Below, piece by piece: positions 12,088-24,612 of a DNA stretch of 64,000 bases. A model generated the notes under the pieces. The model saw only the letters and a program-made list of their open reading frames with translations, was not told the DNA's origin and did not search any database. Numbering within the stretch: position 1 is the first letter of the stretch; each line of letters opens with the position of its first letter. A program made the position numbers and the translations under genes. The stretch is from the human T2T-CHM13v2.0 reference genome, Homo sapiens: the NCBI RefSeq assembly GCF_009914755.1, contig NC_060930.1, one strand, 5' to 3'.

Positions 12088-13358
12088 AGAGGCTCACTGG
12101 GGCTCTGTGGAGGGCAGAGGACAGCCCAGTGCTCCTGGGAAGCAATGAGGTAGTGTTAAGTGTGTCCACTGGGAAGGAGCTTGCCAGGTAGGGGTAGCAA
12201 ATGCACCCAGGCAGGAAGGCAAGAGGCCTCACCATGTTCAGAGAGTTGACTGGGCTGAAGATCAAGGAGTGAGGACAGGTGTGAGGATGGATTTTATATG
12301 CAGTCAGGATTCCCTGAAGAATTCTGTGATTTTTTTTTTCCAATTTGCATTTTAGAAAAACTACTCTGGTTGTAAGTGGAGAAGAGACTAGAGCAAAGTG
12401 AAGCTGCAGGTAGGAAGCCTGTGTGTCTGTCTGCTCCCTCAACCACCTCTGCCAACTTGGGGAAGCTCCCTCTAAGAGGAGGAGAGCTCAAATTGCAGAA
12501 GCCCAGGTGTCCTGGGAGAGATTAGCATTACAGGACCAGTATGGGGGTGGAGCTAGAAAGCACTCCTAATCTAAGCACTCTGGCACAGTGACACACCAGG
12601 GAAAAATGATTTTGCATATAGTTATTTGTATGTAATTCACATATACCATCTGTATCTTGGCAGCCCAGGTCTGAGTGGCACTGAGGGAACTGAGAGAAGG
12701 CTTATGCCTGGGACCCCATGGAGGCTTAAGGAGCAGAGTGAGGATAAGCCAGGACCACATGCACTGTAAGAGACAACAAGGTGGCCTGAGAGCAGAGGGT
12801 GGGTCTGTTTGCTCTTCAATATTTCCTCACCTCCTAGAAAACGGAGGAATCCACAGCAGACAGAATCGTTGTTTTGCAAATGCATTAGAAAGAATGCTTT
12901 TATCAGAAATAAAATGACTGTTCAGGAAAAGAAGAAAATGTCTTTATGCCATTATCCAGGATGGTAACTCTTCTCCTGTGCATACCTGAAAATGTCAGAG
13001 GTGCATTTTTACATTGGCATTTTAATAGATTGTATGACAAATTGTATGTTACAGGGCAATTCTTGGAAAAGTCAAACAAACCACATAATTTATAGTTTCC
13101 ATTTTTACTGAATTTGTAATTCCAAGAAAATTGTTGGCTAGGAGGAGATTGGAAAACTGAATTCACATCAGATCCTAATGAGAAGAAATCAATTTTAACT
13201 AAGTGGGTGAATAGGAGTTGTATTATTTAATTAGCATATAATTTGAAAGAGTTCATTAGCTTCACAACAGGCACAATCAACACTTAGGTAAAGCACTTAA
13301 TTGTTGCAAAACTTTAGAATACTGGTCTTGCATGTTCTTGACCTCTATGGCTGGTTTA

Positions 13359-13481
13359 TTAAAACCTGAAAATCTTCCTTGATTCTTCTAAAGATTTCTC
13401 ATCCATGGGAGGCTTCCTTGGGCTGCCAGGCTGTAGAAACTTCTTCACTGTGGGCAGGTTACTGATTCTGGTTTTCAGGGC
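13359..13481 (-). CDS. GSTA2: glutathione S-transferase A2, exon 7 (last coding exon)
   Basis: [40 protein letters not shown]; AG acceptor at 13482-13483; TAA at 13359-13361. Confidence 0.97.
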   Translation of the reverse strand, partial: ALKTRISNLPTVKKFLQPGSPRKPPMDEKSLEESRKIFRF

Positions 13482-14358
13482 CTGTAATCCACAAAGCACA
13501 GCCTCACTAAAACAACAAGTCAAGGGCTGACACCCCCATTAACATGACCCAGGGAATCTGAGTCCCTCCTGCCAAAGACCAAGTGAGTCGCTTCCACTTG
13601 GGTGAAGGCAGAAACAGACACCCAGTGAGAAAGGAAGATAAGAGGAAGAACATGTAGCTCACTTTATTTTCCCCAAAGATGTCTTGAAATTTTAATCAGT
13701 TCAGTCATCCCTATCTTTCTTCTTACATATTAATCCTATAGATTAGTGACTCTTGTATAAGACAAGAAAAACTAATGTGCTTGTTTGATATCAGCACAGA
13801 TCAGTCTCTAAGCAGAAGTGAAAATATGGGAAAATGAGTTGGAAAGGAAAATGTTATAGAAAATAGTAAAGACAAACCATGGGACCACCTTTTCTCAGTG
13901 AGAGATACATTGTCGGGGGCAGAGTGCTGGAGAGCTGGGCAGAGAGGAACAAAATGTCTGACAGCAGGAGCCGGAGCCCAGGGAGGAAACCAGATGGAAA
14001 GGGCTCTGCTCAGACTGACTCAATGTGGGCACATATGGGATAAAGGACATCACAGAGAACTCAGGAACAGAAACCACACTGAAATAGAGGGATGGGGAGA
14101 CATGCTGGGCCCTGGGTCCTTTCCATAATAAAAGGCAAAATACTCTTTGCGGGGTAGCATGCACTACAAATTTCCTTTCCATAACAAAAGTGTTTTCATT
14201 CCTCAAAATTGGAGCCTGGAAGCTCATTTTGGAGACCTTGGGGCACCAAAGGCCTGGAGAAGGCTGGGGTCAAAACATGCTCAGTCCCAGGGCCCAGATA
14301 CAAGATCCCAAGATGGGAGATGTGGGTCTGCCTCTCTGAAGACTGTGAAATGGGTCAC

Positions 14359-14490
14359 CTTCAGCAGAGGGAAGCTGGAAATAAGGCTAGAGTCAAGCTC
14401 TTCCACGTAGTAGAGAAGTTCCACCAGGTGAATGTCAGCCCGGCTCAGCTTGTTGCCAACAAGGTAGTCTTGTCCGTGGCTCTTTAAGAC
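14359..14490 (-). CDS. GSTA2: glutathione S-transferase A2, exon 6
   Basis: 132 bp, [44 protein letters not shown], with AG/GT flanks. Confidence 0.97.
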
Positions 14491-15635
14491 CTGGAGAATG
14501 GGAGGAATCAGATCAGGAACACATGCCCACCCAGGCTGGGACCCCTGCTTCTTTCAGAGCCTCTCCACCCTGACTTTCCCCACCTCTGTTGCCTTACTGC
14601 ATGGATGCAGAAATCCTGAGCTTTCTCCACATTATCTGAATGAATGAGATAGTAAGAAGTGTAACTGTACTCACTCCTCAGTTGGAGCTCAGCCTCCCAT
14701 TTTCTCTTCTCATCCACATCACTGTGGCGTCTACACTACCCACCCAGCTTGCTTCTTCCACATGGGCCAAGGGCTTAGCACCTGCCGCCGCATGTTCTGT
14801 CTGCCCCAGGCCCTGCAGTGTGGAGCCCTCACATTCAGGATGTGGCTCTACATTCTGCTGTCTCCCGCTCCAATCTCCCTTGGGCAGTGACTCCACCATC
14901 GTGACAACACTCTTCCCCCAGAAGGAGACTATTTCAGAGTCCTCATTTCTCCTTGTCTGTTCTCCTCATTCCCTGCTCTATCTCCCTGAGATCTGTAGGA
15001 AACCTGGGTGAACCTGAATTCATCATCTTTTTTACAGCATCGACTCTGGTTCCTAAATGGCACTATGTTATAATCTGCAAGCTGAAGCGTTTAGGAGTGA
15101 ACTGCTCTGATGTCTGCAACTTACTATAAAATGCATTTTACAGAATCTTCCTCTGCATCCCACAGTCACTCTCCTTTTAAAAAATACTGATCCCTGAAAC
15201 ACTGCAATATTCTCTGGTTGGGCAATTGGTCTCCTGTCTTCCTGCATATGGTGCCAGAATGTTTTCTGATGGATCACTTTCATCATGCCCCTGTTCAAAG
15301 TCCATGGGGTTCCATAGACTGAACAGCAACTCTAGTGTGGTCCAGAGCCTTCCACAGCCCACATTCTACTTATGAACACAAAATTCTGTTGAACAGATAA
15401 TTCCATATTGGGGTTCAGTAAATTAAAATTTTACTGGAAGATTATAGCTTGGGTATAAGTGATACAATTGTTTCTCCAAGTCTATTTTCATAAAATGCCT
15501 TGAGAGTCAGAGTGCTGCATTGGTGTCCAGGAAGTATCACTGAAAGTGAAGATCAGTGCCCCAGGAATGCCCAGCCACTATTTTTCTACTGGCTTCTAAA
15601 CTCAGTTCCCCAAAACACTGAACAGCTTCACTTAC

Positions 15636-15777
15636 TTTTTCAAAGGCAGGGAAGTAGCGATTTTTTGTTTTCTCTTGGATCAAGGCAAGCTTGGCATCTT
15701 GTTCCTCAGGTTGACTAAAGGGCAGAAGAAGGATCATTTCACCCAAATCTGCTATACCTTCTATATACATATCAATC
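15636..15777 (-). CDS. GSTA2: glutathione S-transferase A2, exon 5
   Basis: 142 bp, [47 protein letters not shown]; PFSQPEEQ is diagnostic of A2. Confidence 0.97.
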
Positions 15778-15908
15778 CTGAAAGACAAAAACAACCAAAT
15801 GGTCAAATATCTTTTGCCTTAGATTTTATAGGTTTATAAAAACCTAAGAGAGTAGAGTATCAGGTGATGGCAAAATAATTCACCTCCAATGAGTGCCTTT
15901 TATAGTCT

Positions 15909-15970
15909 AGTCATTATGCTCTGAGTTTTACAGGTATATAGTCATTATGCTCTGAGTTTTACAGGTATAT
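15909..15970. repeat. 31-bp exact tandem duplication in GSTA2 intron 4
   Basis: agtcattatgctctgagttttacaggtatat twice; single copy in GSTA1 (about 57175-57205). Confidence 0.9.
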
Positions 15971-17725
15971 TAACATTTATTTCTTAAAACAGCCTATCAA
16001 GGTAGATAGCTCTCTAAATTTTGTTACACGCATGACCTAATACAGGAAGAAGATCATCGGTGGTCACAGTCATGAGAGAAATTGGTGGAATCACTGCCAG
16101 TACCCACTGATGCTGTGCCAGGATTTATCATCTCCATTGTGGTTTGTTCTGTGCATGAACTTAGTGTGAGTCAAATGGCCAAAGACCTGCTTCCTAAGTA
16201 ATCCTAAGAGAGTCCCTGGCACAGCCATCTCAGCCATATTCCTTGTCCTCTCTCATCATTTTACAGCTCCCAGGGCTGCTTCTATGCCCCATATTTGCAG
16301 TTCTTCCAATTACACCCATGAAAAACGTTTCCACAGCCCTCTCCATGTGCTGTTGCCCAACTCTAGCCATGTGTGCCTTTCTTAAGAGCCAACCCCTTCC
16401 CTGGTGAAATTCTCTGTACAGTTACAACCAGTGCAAACTTTTCTTCTTTTGTGTCAAACTGGAGTTTCACAATACTTTTTAAAACAAGAGCTTTACTGAT
16501 GCATATTCACATACTATAATTGCCACCTCTTATGTTATACTATTGAGTGGTTTTCAGTGCATTCACAGAATTCTGTAAAAATAATCACAGTCTAATTGCA
16601 GAATTATTTTTGTCACCTTGATAAGGACATCTGTACCATTAGCGGTATTCTTCATTTTTCTCCAAGCCCCACTCCTTTAGCCCCAGGCAATCACTAATCT
16701 ACTTTCTACCTCTATGGATTTGAATATCTGGACATTTCATATTAAAATAATCCTATAATATGTGGCCTTCTGTGTCTCGTGTATTTTATGTAACATGTCT
16801 TTATGGTTTAACCATCTTGTAGCATGCATTCGTACTTCATTCCTTTTCATGACCAAATATCTTTCCATTGCATGGCTAAGGCGCATTTTTCTCCTCCATT
16901 TATTGATTGATGGATATTTGGGTTGTTTCCACTTTTTGAATTCTATGAATATTGTTATTTGCATTATTCACTTATGTAAAATATATAGTGTGGATGTATT
17001 TTCGATTGTTTGGGGATATACTTGTTAGAGGAACTGCTGGGTCATCGGTAATACCATATTAAAGTTTTTGAGGAGCTGCCAGCAGTTTCATTCAGGATTT
17101 ATTTGGAATCATGCAGTCTCATCACAACAACAAGGAGACCCCTTGGCTTTGCTGGTATTGAATCAATCTGGCTGTTTCGGCCTTCTATCCATGTGTCAAG
17201 GTAACTCCAGTATCCTTGGTGCCAGCCTCTACTAGCCCTGCTCAAGTATTCCAGTTGATATAATTGGTTGGTAATTTAGGTTCCTGTTCATCATACTTGG
17301 AATTACTGGGACCTTAGACTTGGTTTCTTTGCAGCTTTCCCTCCCCAGTCCTTCATCTACAGACTCTCACATATTCTATGCCTGTCCTAAGCCATTGGCC
17401 GGGGTCCAGCCTCTGAAGTCCTGAGCACCTGGAAACATGATTCCCCATCCTCCTCAGTTCATTGGGTTTATGAGAGTTTGGAAACCTTTGTCAGGGTGCT
17501 GTGTCCATGGACTGCATCCTCTTCTAGAATCACCCTCGCCTGAACCCTCCCCATGTTCACTGTTCCCTCATCTCCATGGGACTCTGCAATACTGGACCTC
17601 AGCGTGCATGCCCAAGGCCCAGCCTGCTGCTGGTCTTGATACCCTGCCATGGTCCCACCCACTCAAGGAAGGACCTAAATCACTCTATGTTCTCTGTGGA
17701 TGGAAGAACAGAAAATATACCGTAC

Positions 17726-17858
17726 AGGGCTTTCTCCTTTATGTCTTTCCCATAGAGGTTGTATTTGCTGGCAATGTAGTTGAGAATGGCTCTGGTCTGC
17801 ACCAGCTTCATCCCATCAATCTCAACCATTGGCACTTGCTGGAACATCAAATATCCAT
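17726..17858 (-). CDS. GSTA2: glutathione S-transferase A2, exon 4
   Basis: 133 bp, [43 protein letters not shown], with AG/GT flanks. Confidence 0.97.
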
Positions 17859-17998
17859 CTTTAAGAGGAAGAAAAAAAAGGAGAGTGAAGTGTCTATGAA
17901 ACCCACCATTTCAGGATGAAAAAAAATGGTTGTTGAAATGACTAAATTTGTAAAACGAAAAAGAAATTACTGCCTGGTAAGAGTTCACTTGAAACAAC

Positions 17999-18294
17999 TT
18001 TTTTTTTTTTTTTTTGAGGCAGAGTATCATTCTGTTGTCCAGGCTGGAGTGGAGTGGTGTGATCTTGGCTCACTGTAACCTCTGCCTCCCAGGTTCAAGC
18101 GATTCTACTATCTCAGCCTCTCTATAGCTGAGATTACAGGCATGCACCACTGCACATGGCTAATTTTTGTATTTTTAGAAGAGATGGTGTCTCACCATGT
18201 TGGCCAAACTGGTCTCAAATTCCTGAACTGAAGTCATCCACCTGCCTCAGCCTCCCAAATTGGGATTACAGGTGTAAGCCACTGCACCCAGTCC
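17999..18294 (-). mobile_element. Alu in GSTA2 intron 3, shared with GSTA1
   Basis: Poly-T plus Alu body flanked by aaacaa; paralogous copy at 59307-59610. Confidence 0.9.
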
Positions 18295-19040
18295 AAACAA
18301 TATGTTTATAAAGCTTCCTGTAGTTCTTCTTTTTCTTAAGAAGTTTCCTTTTAGTTTTTATCCATTTATTTCATATATGTTTTTGTTGCCCCTCCAGATA
18401 CATAGTGGGACTCTTGAATTTTTTGTGTTGATTTATCTTCATGGATATTTTAGGAAGAGGTTGGGACAAGTTACAATAGTACTGGCAACAAGATGTCATT
18501 TAAAACAGGATGTTCCCAGAGTAAGTCTCATGGTGTTTATGATATTTAAGGCAGGTTCTGAGAGGTTTTTATATAAGGGTCCCTTTCTGTGCTCTTCAAA
18601 GTCTGCGATATTGCTACAGTGTTACCCAGTCCCACTCCCCCCATGAAAGAAAAAACTCAAGACAGTGGCCACATCTATTCCTCCTCCTTTTGTCTAATGC
18701 ATGTTCTTGCATGTGCTTGGATGGAGAGGGCTGTATGGGATCCTGTGCTGATGACCACTGCTCACTCACAGTACCCCAAGCATGAAAACAAAGAAAGGGC
18801 TTTCTCAGGGGTGGGAGATTGTTCCTCTAGCAAATACTCTGAGAGGTCTGGTCCTTTAAGCCTGGAGAGAGTTGCCAGACTTGCTCAAGGAGCCACATCC
18901 CTTCCATTTTAACCACTTTCTCCCTCTGCACCATGTACAAATACCATGCCCCACACCCATAGACATTGCCGGCTGCGCAAACCTCCCCGTGTACCTTCTA
19001 CTAGATACCCTCATTAGAGAAACTTAGAGGTTGATCTTAC

Positions 19041-19092
19041 CATTTCTTAACTTGTCCAAATCTTCTGCAGATTTTATAAATTTCTCTTCAAA
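19041..19092 (-). CDS. GSTA2: glutathione S-transferase A2, exon 3
   Basis: 52 bp, FEEKFIKSAEDLDKLRN, with AG/GTAAG flanks. Confidence 0.97.
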
Positions 19093-20643
19093 CTGGAAGC
19101 AGAAACAGTAAATATGTTCTTGTTAGTTCATTCTATTATAGACCTGTGAAATTGAATGGCCTCTATCTGGTGCATCATTTGGAGAATATAAGATTTCTGA
19201 GTTTGGCAGGGTACACAGAGGGGGCTAGTCATGGCCATTTGGAAATTTAGACCTAATTCATTGAGAAAAGTGCATGGGTCACAGCACATAGCTGCTCAAT
19301 CTTCTAGTTCACTTCACCTCCACCTTGATATGAATGTCTATGATTAGGTCATGTTTTGAGAGGGACATCACTGGAGAAAAGGCACTGAGCAGTTCTTCTA
19401 GTTATGGTGTTGTCATATCTTAGGAAAGCCTGTGTCTCCAAGTGAGATCAGACCACAACCTTGTGTGTCCCCAGCATGAGGCATGACATGGGCTAATGGC
19501 CATCAAATATTCTGCCACCAAGGAGCCTCTGCTGTAATTTGTATCGCCCCACTTCTCAGGAACCCTGCTAAGGGTGACATAGGTCGCCACTGTTGCACAG
19601 CTTTCACACTTGCAACTGTAATTTTCTCTTCTGAAGTACGTGAGACACAATAGGGTAAAATTCTCAATTTAATAAAGGAATTAGGGTCCCACACTAGCAT
19701 TATTTTTAAGGAAAACCTCTGGTTTCTGATGTGGTTTTGTGGCATTGGGGAATGCTTGTGTGTTCTAGAAGCCTCCTCCCCTCATTTTAACCACGTGTTT
19801 ATTTCTCTGCATCCTCATAGACACGTAGGCTGCCCCAGGGCAGGGACTGTGTCTGTCTTGTTCACTATCTCCATGACCGAGTACAGAACCTGGAATTAAT
19901 AAGTGCTCAAGTAAATAATTGCTGTGAATGTAGTCAATCTTTAATAGGTAGTTTGTTACAATCCACTCCCTTCCATCTCTCATTTGTAGTTTGCATTTTA
20001 CCTCTAATTACAATCATTTTTTAATATTATGCATTTTTATTTTTTTATTGTGGAAATTATGAACATGAATAAATATAAACAGAAAAGCATAATGATTCTC
20101 CTTATACTTCTCACCTAGAATCAATAATTATCAATCAAAACCAATATGGTTTCATCTATATGCCCACCTACTTCTCCTCTTGTAATAATTCCAAGGAAAT
20201 CCCAGATCCATATGATTAATCCTTAAATACTTCAATGTGTTTTCCTAAAACACATTAACTATTCTAAAGACAGCCATAGTACATTATCACACATGAAATA
20301 TTAACAATAATTATTTCATGTCCTCAAATATTCAATCGATATTTGTGTTTCTAATTGTTGTATAAATGCCATAAATTATTTTTTACAGTTTGTTTAAATT
20401 CTAATCCACTTAAGTTCTGCACTTTGTGATTAGTGTCTTAAATGTATTTTAATATGTATGCTTTTAGAGGAGAAGAAATTTTAAGAATTAATAGGTCAAA
20501 TCTGTTCATCTTTTTCTTAATTACAGTCCCTTTTTATTTAAGGCACAATGCTTCAGTTAGTAATCATCTCATAGTTTCTGTGGGAAAAGTATGTGATAAC
20601 GCAATCGTAAATCTGACTTAAGATGACCTAACTCAGAACCTAC

Positions 20644-20730
20644 CTCTACTCCAGCTGCAGCCAGGAGCCACCGGATGGACTCCATTCTGCCCCGTATATT
20701 GGAGTAGTGGAGCTTGGGCTTCTCTGCCAT
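20644..20730 (-). CDS. GSTA2: glutathione S-transferase A2, exon 2 coding part (exon extends to 20760)
   Basis: [29 protein letters not shown] with catalytic Tyr9; context gctaccATGG; spliced CDS 87+52+133+142+132+123 = 669 bp, 222 aa. Confidence 0.97.
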
Positions 20731-22345
20731 GGTAGCAGTCTCCTGGAGGTTTCTCTAAGCCTGAGTGAATGAATGAATGAATGAATGAATAATTGAAACG
20801 ATAGAATCAAAAATGTACTTTAGGATGTATGGTTGAAAACCACAAACAATGCTGAAGAAGAACCTGCCTTCTTCATGACGGTGTTGGAGGAGTTCCCGGA
20901 ATGTTTTCTTGGCTCAAATTATTACCCAGCAGTGGCCACCCTCAGATTCCAGCAAACCAGTCTCAAGTTTTCACTGTTTAACTCTGAATTTTCTTGGCAG
21001 CCTAAGAGGTGAGAGTATGTGGTAATAATACATGTATAGGAGTTAATGGGAAGAGGAAGAATTCAAGAACTAATATTTACTGAAAACTTCCTAGTGATCC
21101 TTCCTCAATGCTAGTCCCTTTCAATATTTTATATCTTTAACCCTCCTTATAGTCCCATGAAATGATTATCTCCATTTTTTCGTTAATGAAATGGAACATC
21201 AGAGAAATACAATGTTCACAGTCACACTCCGGTTGGTGATGGACATGAATATCTACACCAAGGACTAAAATGAAATCATGCCTGGAAGCCAGCTGGGTGA
21301 AGGCCCTGGGAACCCATGAACTGGCCATGAAACCAGAGGATGTCACTGACAGGGAGGACCGGCTGGGAGCTAAATCACTCTTCAGCTCTTTGGCTGTGAG
21401 ACTGCATTTGATCAAAACCAGAAATTAGGCCTCAGACTTGTTTAACTGTAGCTAGAAGATCCAAATTCTTTCAAGAGACAGAGATTGTTTATCCCTTGCT
21501 TCTTTTGGAATTCTGTATTCTAACTCTATGGGGTGCATTTTGTTTTATAAGCTGGAAGAAGAGATGTTGCTGCATTAATTTTGCAATATGGAAGGAGCTA
21601 GCATTTGTTCAACATCAGTCACACACTGATCATTCTTCTAAACTTCTCTTTGTTTTATCCTACAAAAATTACCTAAGGTTAATGTGGTTGTTATTCTCAT
21701 TTTACATTTGAGGATACTGAGGTTTTTAAAGTAACTTGCTCAGAGTAAATGATAGATCTGGGATCCAGGGTCACTGCTATTAAAAACCAAATACTGAGTC
21801 TTATTTTCTATGTTAGTGTTTCTCAAATATGCATGGTAATCTCTCAGCAGATTGTGAAATCCCATTACTTTAAAAAATAAATAGAAAAGAAAAGAATAGA
21901 AAATATCAGTGAGCATGACATGTTGAAAGGTAAGTAATGTTTCATGAGTTGTTAGTTTCAGTTATTTGTATACTGTGTGTATGGATCTTTGCATGTGTGC
22001 ATGCTCACTTGGTCATTGTAAATGGTTAGAGACTGGGCTTATCAGTGAAATTTGATAGCCCTTGCTCTATGCCAGGCTGTTTGGGTGGTGGAATGTAGCA
22101 GAGTATCAGAGAATGAAAACCAGTGGCTGCAGAGACAGATGCAACTAATTGTATCATGAATGTGAATGGAAAGACACAGGACTCATTGAAAGAAGGAGTT
22201 CCAGTGCCAGGACTTAGGAATAGTTGCGTTTTATCACCAAACCCCCAGCTCTGTTATTAAACATTAAGATTCTTCTTGCAAAGTTTTGTGGTTGTTGAGT
22301 GTGGAACAAAAATATACTTGCCTTTAACAACTAATGTATTTATTT

Positions 22346-22347
<2 letters not shown>

Positions 22348-22385
<38 letters not shown>

Positions 22386-22666
22386 AGACAGAGTTTTGCT
22401 GTTTTTGCCCAGGCTGCAGTGCAATGGCGCGATCTTGGCTCACTACAACCTCAGCTTCCCAGGTTCAAGTGATTCTCCTGCCTCAGCATCCTGAGTAGCT
22501 GGGATTACAGGCACATGCCAGCACACCTGGATAATTTTGCATTTTTAGTGAAGACAGGGTTTCAGCATGTTGGACAGTCTGGTCTCGAAAGTCTGACCCC
22601 AGGTGATCCACTCACTTCAGCCTCCCAAAGTGCTGGGATTACAGGCATGAGCCACTGCACCCAACC
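22348..22666 (-). mobile_element. Alu in GSTA2 intron 1, shared with GSTA1
   Basis: Long poly-T plus Alu body; TSD caactaatgtattt at 22328-22341 and 22668-22681; paralogous copy at about 63645-63950. Confidence 0.9.
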
Positions 22667-24059
22667 TCAACTAATGTATTTCTAAAAAAGTATGCATGAT
22701 TAAAATTAGGCATCAAAATCTTTTAAATGTCTACATTTTAAAATATGGGAGTCAATAGTTTAACCTTTGGAAAGTAAAGAATTCTTTGAAATCATACTGA
22801 ATCAACTCACCTGTTTTGTAATTAGATATTTTGACATTGTACTTTCTATGATAACTCCAGGAGTAAATTAAAGTAACTTGGGAAATGGAAATAGCATAAT
22901 TCGACAGAATGAAAGGGAGAGTGAAGTTCACATGAAAGCGTAGGGTGTGCTTGTTTAATTGTTATGTACTAGAGTTCACAGTGTCATAATTCCAATCCCC
23001 AAAATAAACTCTCTTAGCCATTGATCGAGGATCATGTTTCAAAAGGAAGTGAAATTTTATCTTACATAATATTTTATCACAACACTCCAGCTGATAATTA
23101 ACATATCACTTCCTCAATGTGAGGTTTCCAAGGGTCAGGCTAAGACTGAGACATAAGTTACCATTGAGCTTTGTTGGGTCAACAGAAAATGAGAACCAGA
23201 GAGCTCAAGGATTTGCCATGGGTCATACACACATGCTCCTCATTCATAGTCAATATCTAGGGAGTGTGTTTACCTTCTGCAACAACCCTGGGAAATGGCT
23301 CCTATTATCCTAATTAAAGATGGGTACACTGAATTTCAGAGAGCTAAAGCACCTGTCTCATGCTGCACACGTGGTGAGTGTTGGGTCAGCCTGAACTTCT
23401 GATTGCAGGTCCGGAGCTTTTCCACTCCACCTCATAACCTGGCTCTCAGCTCCTGTCTGAGAAGTTGTTTTGTATTTTCCTATTCAATGTATATTAGCCA
23501 AATAAATGTTGGAAGGAGAGGGCGAGAGGGGAACATCTAATTCCTGAGTTCCTCCTGTTAGCAACTTTTCAGGGGCTTGCTTGGAAGAAAAAACTAATAA
23601 AAGTGTGCCTTTCTCTACTTTGACAACCTAAAAACCAGAGTGAGTTGAGGACTAGTGTAATTACTTTACATCAATAATTAATTTACATCAATTAAAAAAT
23701 GGGCTTGTTTTGAAAGGACTATAAGGTCTCATATTTCCAGGAGTAAATTAAAGGAGTTACGTCTCTGAGGTTGTCCCAGTGACACTGTTTCTTATCAGAG
23801 AGAAGGGAGAATGAGATAAACCATGACTCCTTCCATTATGAGATTCATAAATGCAGTAGGTTGTTTAATCTCTGAGCCTCAATTTTCTCTTCTTAGATTA
23901 GAGATAGTTATTTCTACTTTTGAGGGTTGTTGAGAAAGTTAAATGAGATAATGTAGAAAAAAATCATAGTAGGAACACAGGGTGTTTGCTCTTGTCCCAG
24001 TGCTTGGAAGATGGGTGAGGCTCTGGACACATTGAGTAGCCCATGGATCTTCTTTCTTT

Positions 24060-24225
24060 GATCTATCTATCCACCAATTATTTTACCAACCAACAATCTA
24101 TGTACATGTATCTGTTTATAATCTCTGTCTACCCATCCATGTATGTATTATTTTATCTATCAATCGTTCTATGTATCTATCTCTCTGTAATCTGTCTCTT
24201 CATCATCTATTATCTATCTTGTATC
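24060..24225. repeat. degenerate (TCTA)n simple repeat
   Basis: Repeated tcta/tcca/tgta units. Confidence 0.6.
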
Positions 24226-24612
24226 CATTTCTCTGGTTCTCTATATTTTGTCCGTAGAACTCTAGTAGGAATAAGATTTTATATGAATCCAGACTTATAT
24301 CAAATCTGTCATATGATGGCTCTCTGTTTCTCTCTCTCTTTGCTTTTTAGCTCCTGTACAGAGGTCAATGATATTCACTAATCAGCCCACCTGGATTAAC
24401 AGGAAGTTTTCAGTGAATGTCCAAGCAGTGGGGCACATCGGTAACACAGCCTTGCTTAGCCCCATGAGGTCATGTAGTCCCATGGTTCTCAACCAGGGGG
24501 ATTTTGTTCCTCTGCTCCAGAGGACATTGAGCAAGGTCTAGAGACATTTTGGGTTGCTATATCTGCAGAGAGGGAGGGGGGCTACAAATCAGATAGGTAG
24601 AGGGCAGGGATG

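Noticed and set aside
14640-15011. Short ORFs recurring in intron 5 of the paralogues (3288-3476, 14678-14899, 29438-29626, 55999-56400)
   Set aside because: Frames, starts and lengths are not conserved between copies; recurrence reflects shared intron ancestry.
17437-17919. 160-aa plus-strand ORF antisense to GSTA2 exon 4, with a 159-aa counterpart at 58676-59155
   Set aside because: The similarity follows from the recent duplication and the antisense coding exon. The N-terminal parts differ by a frameshift and no protein family is recognisable.
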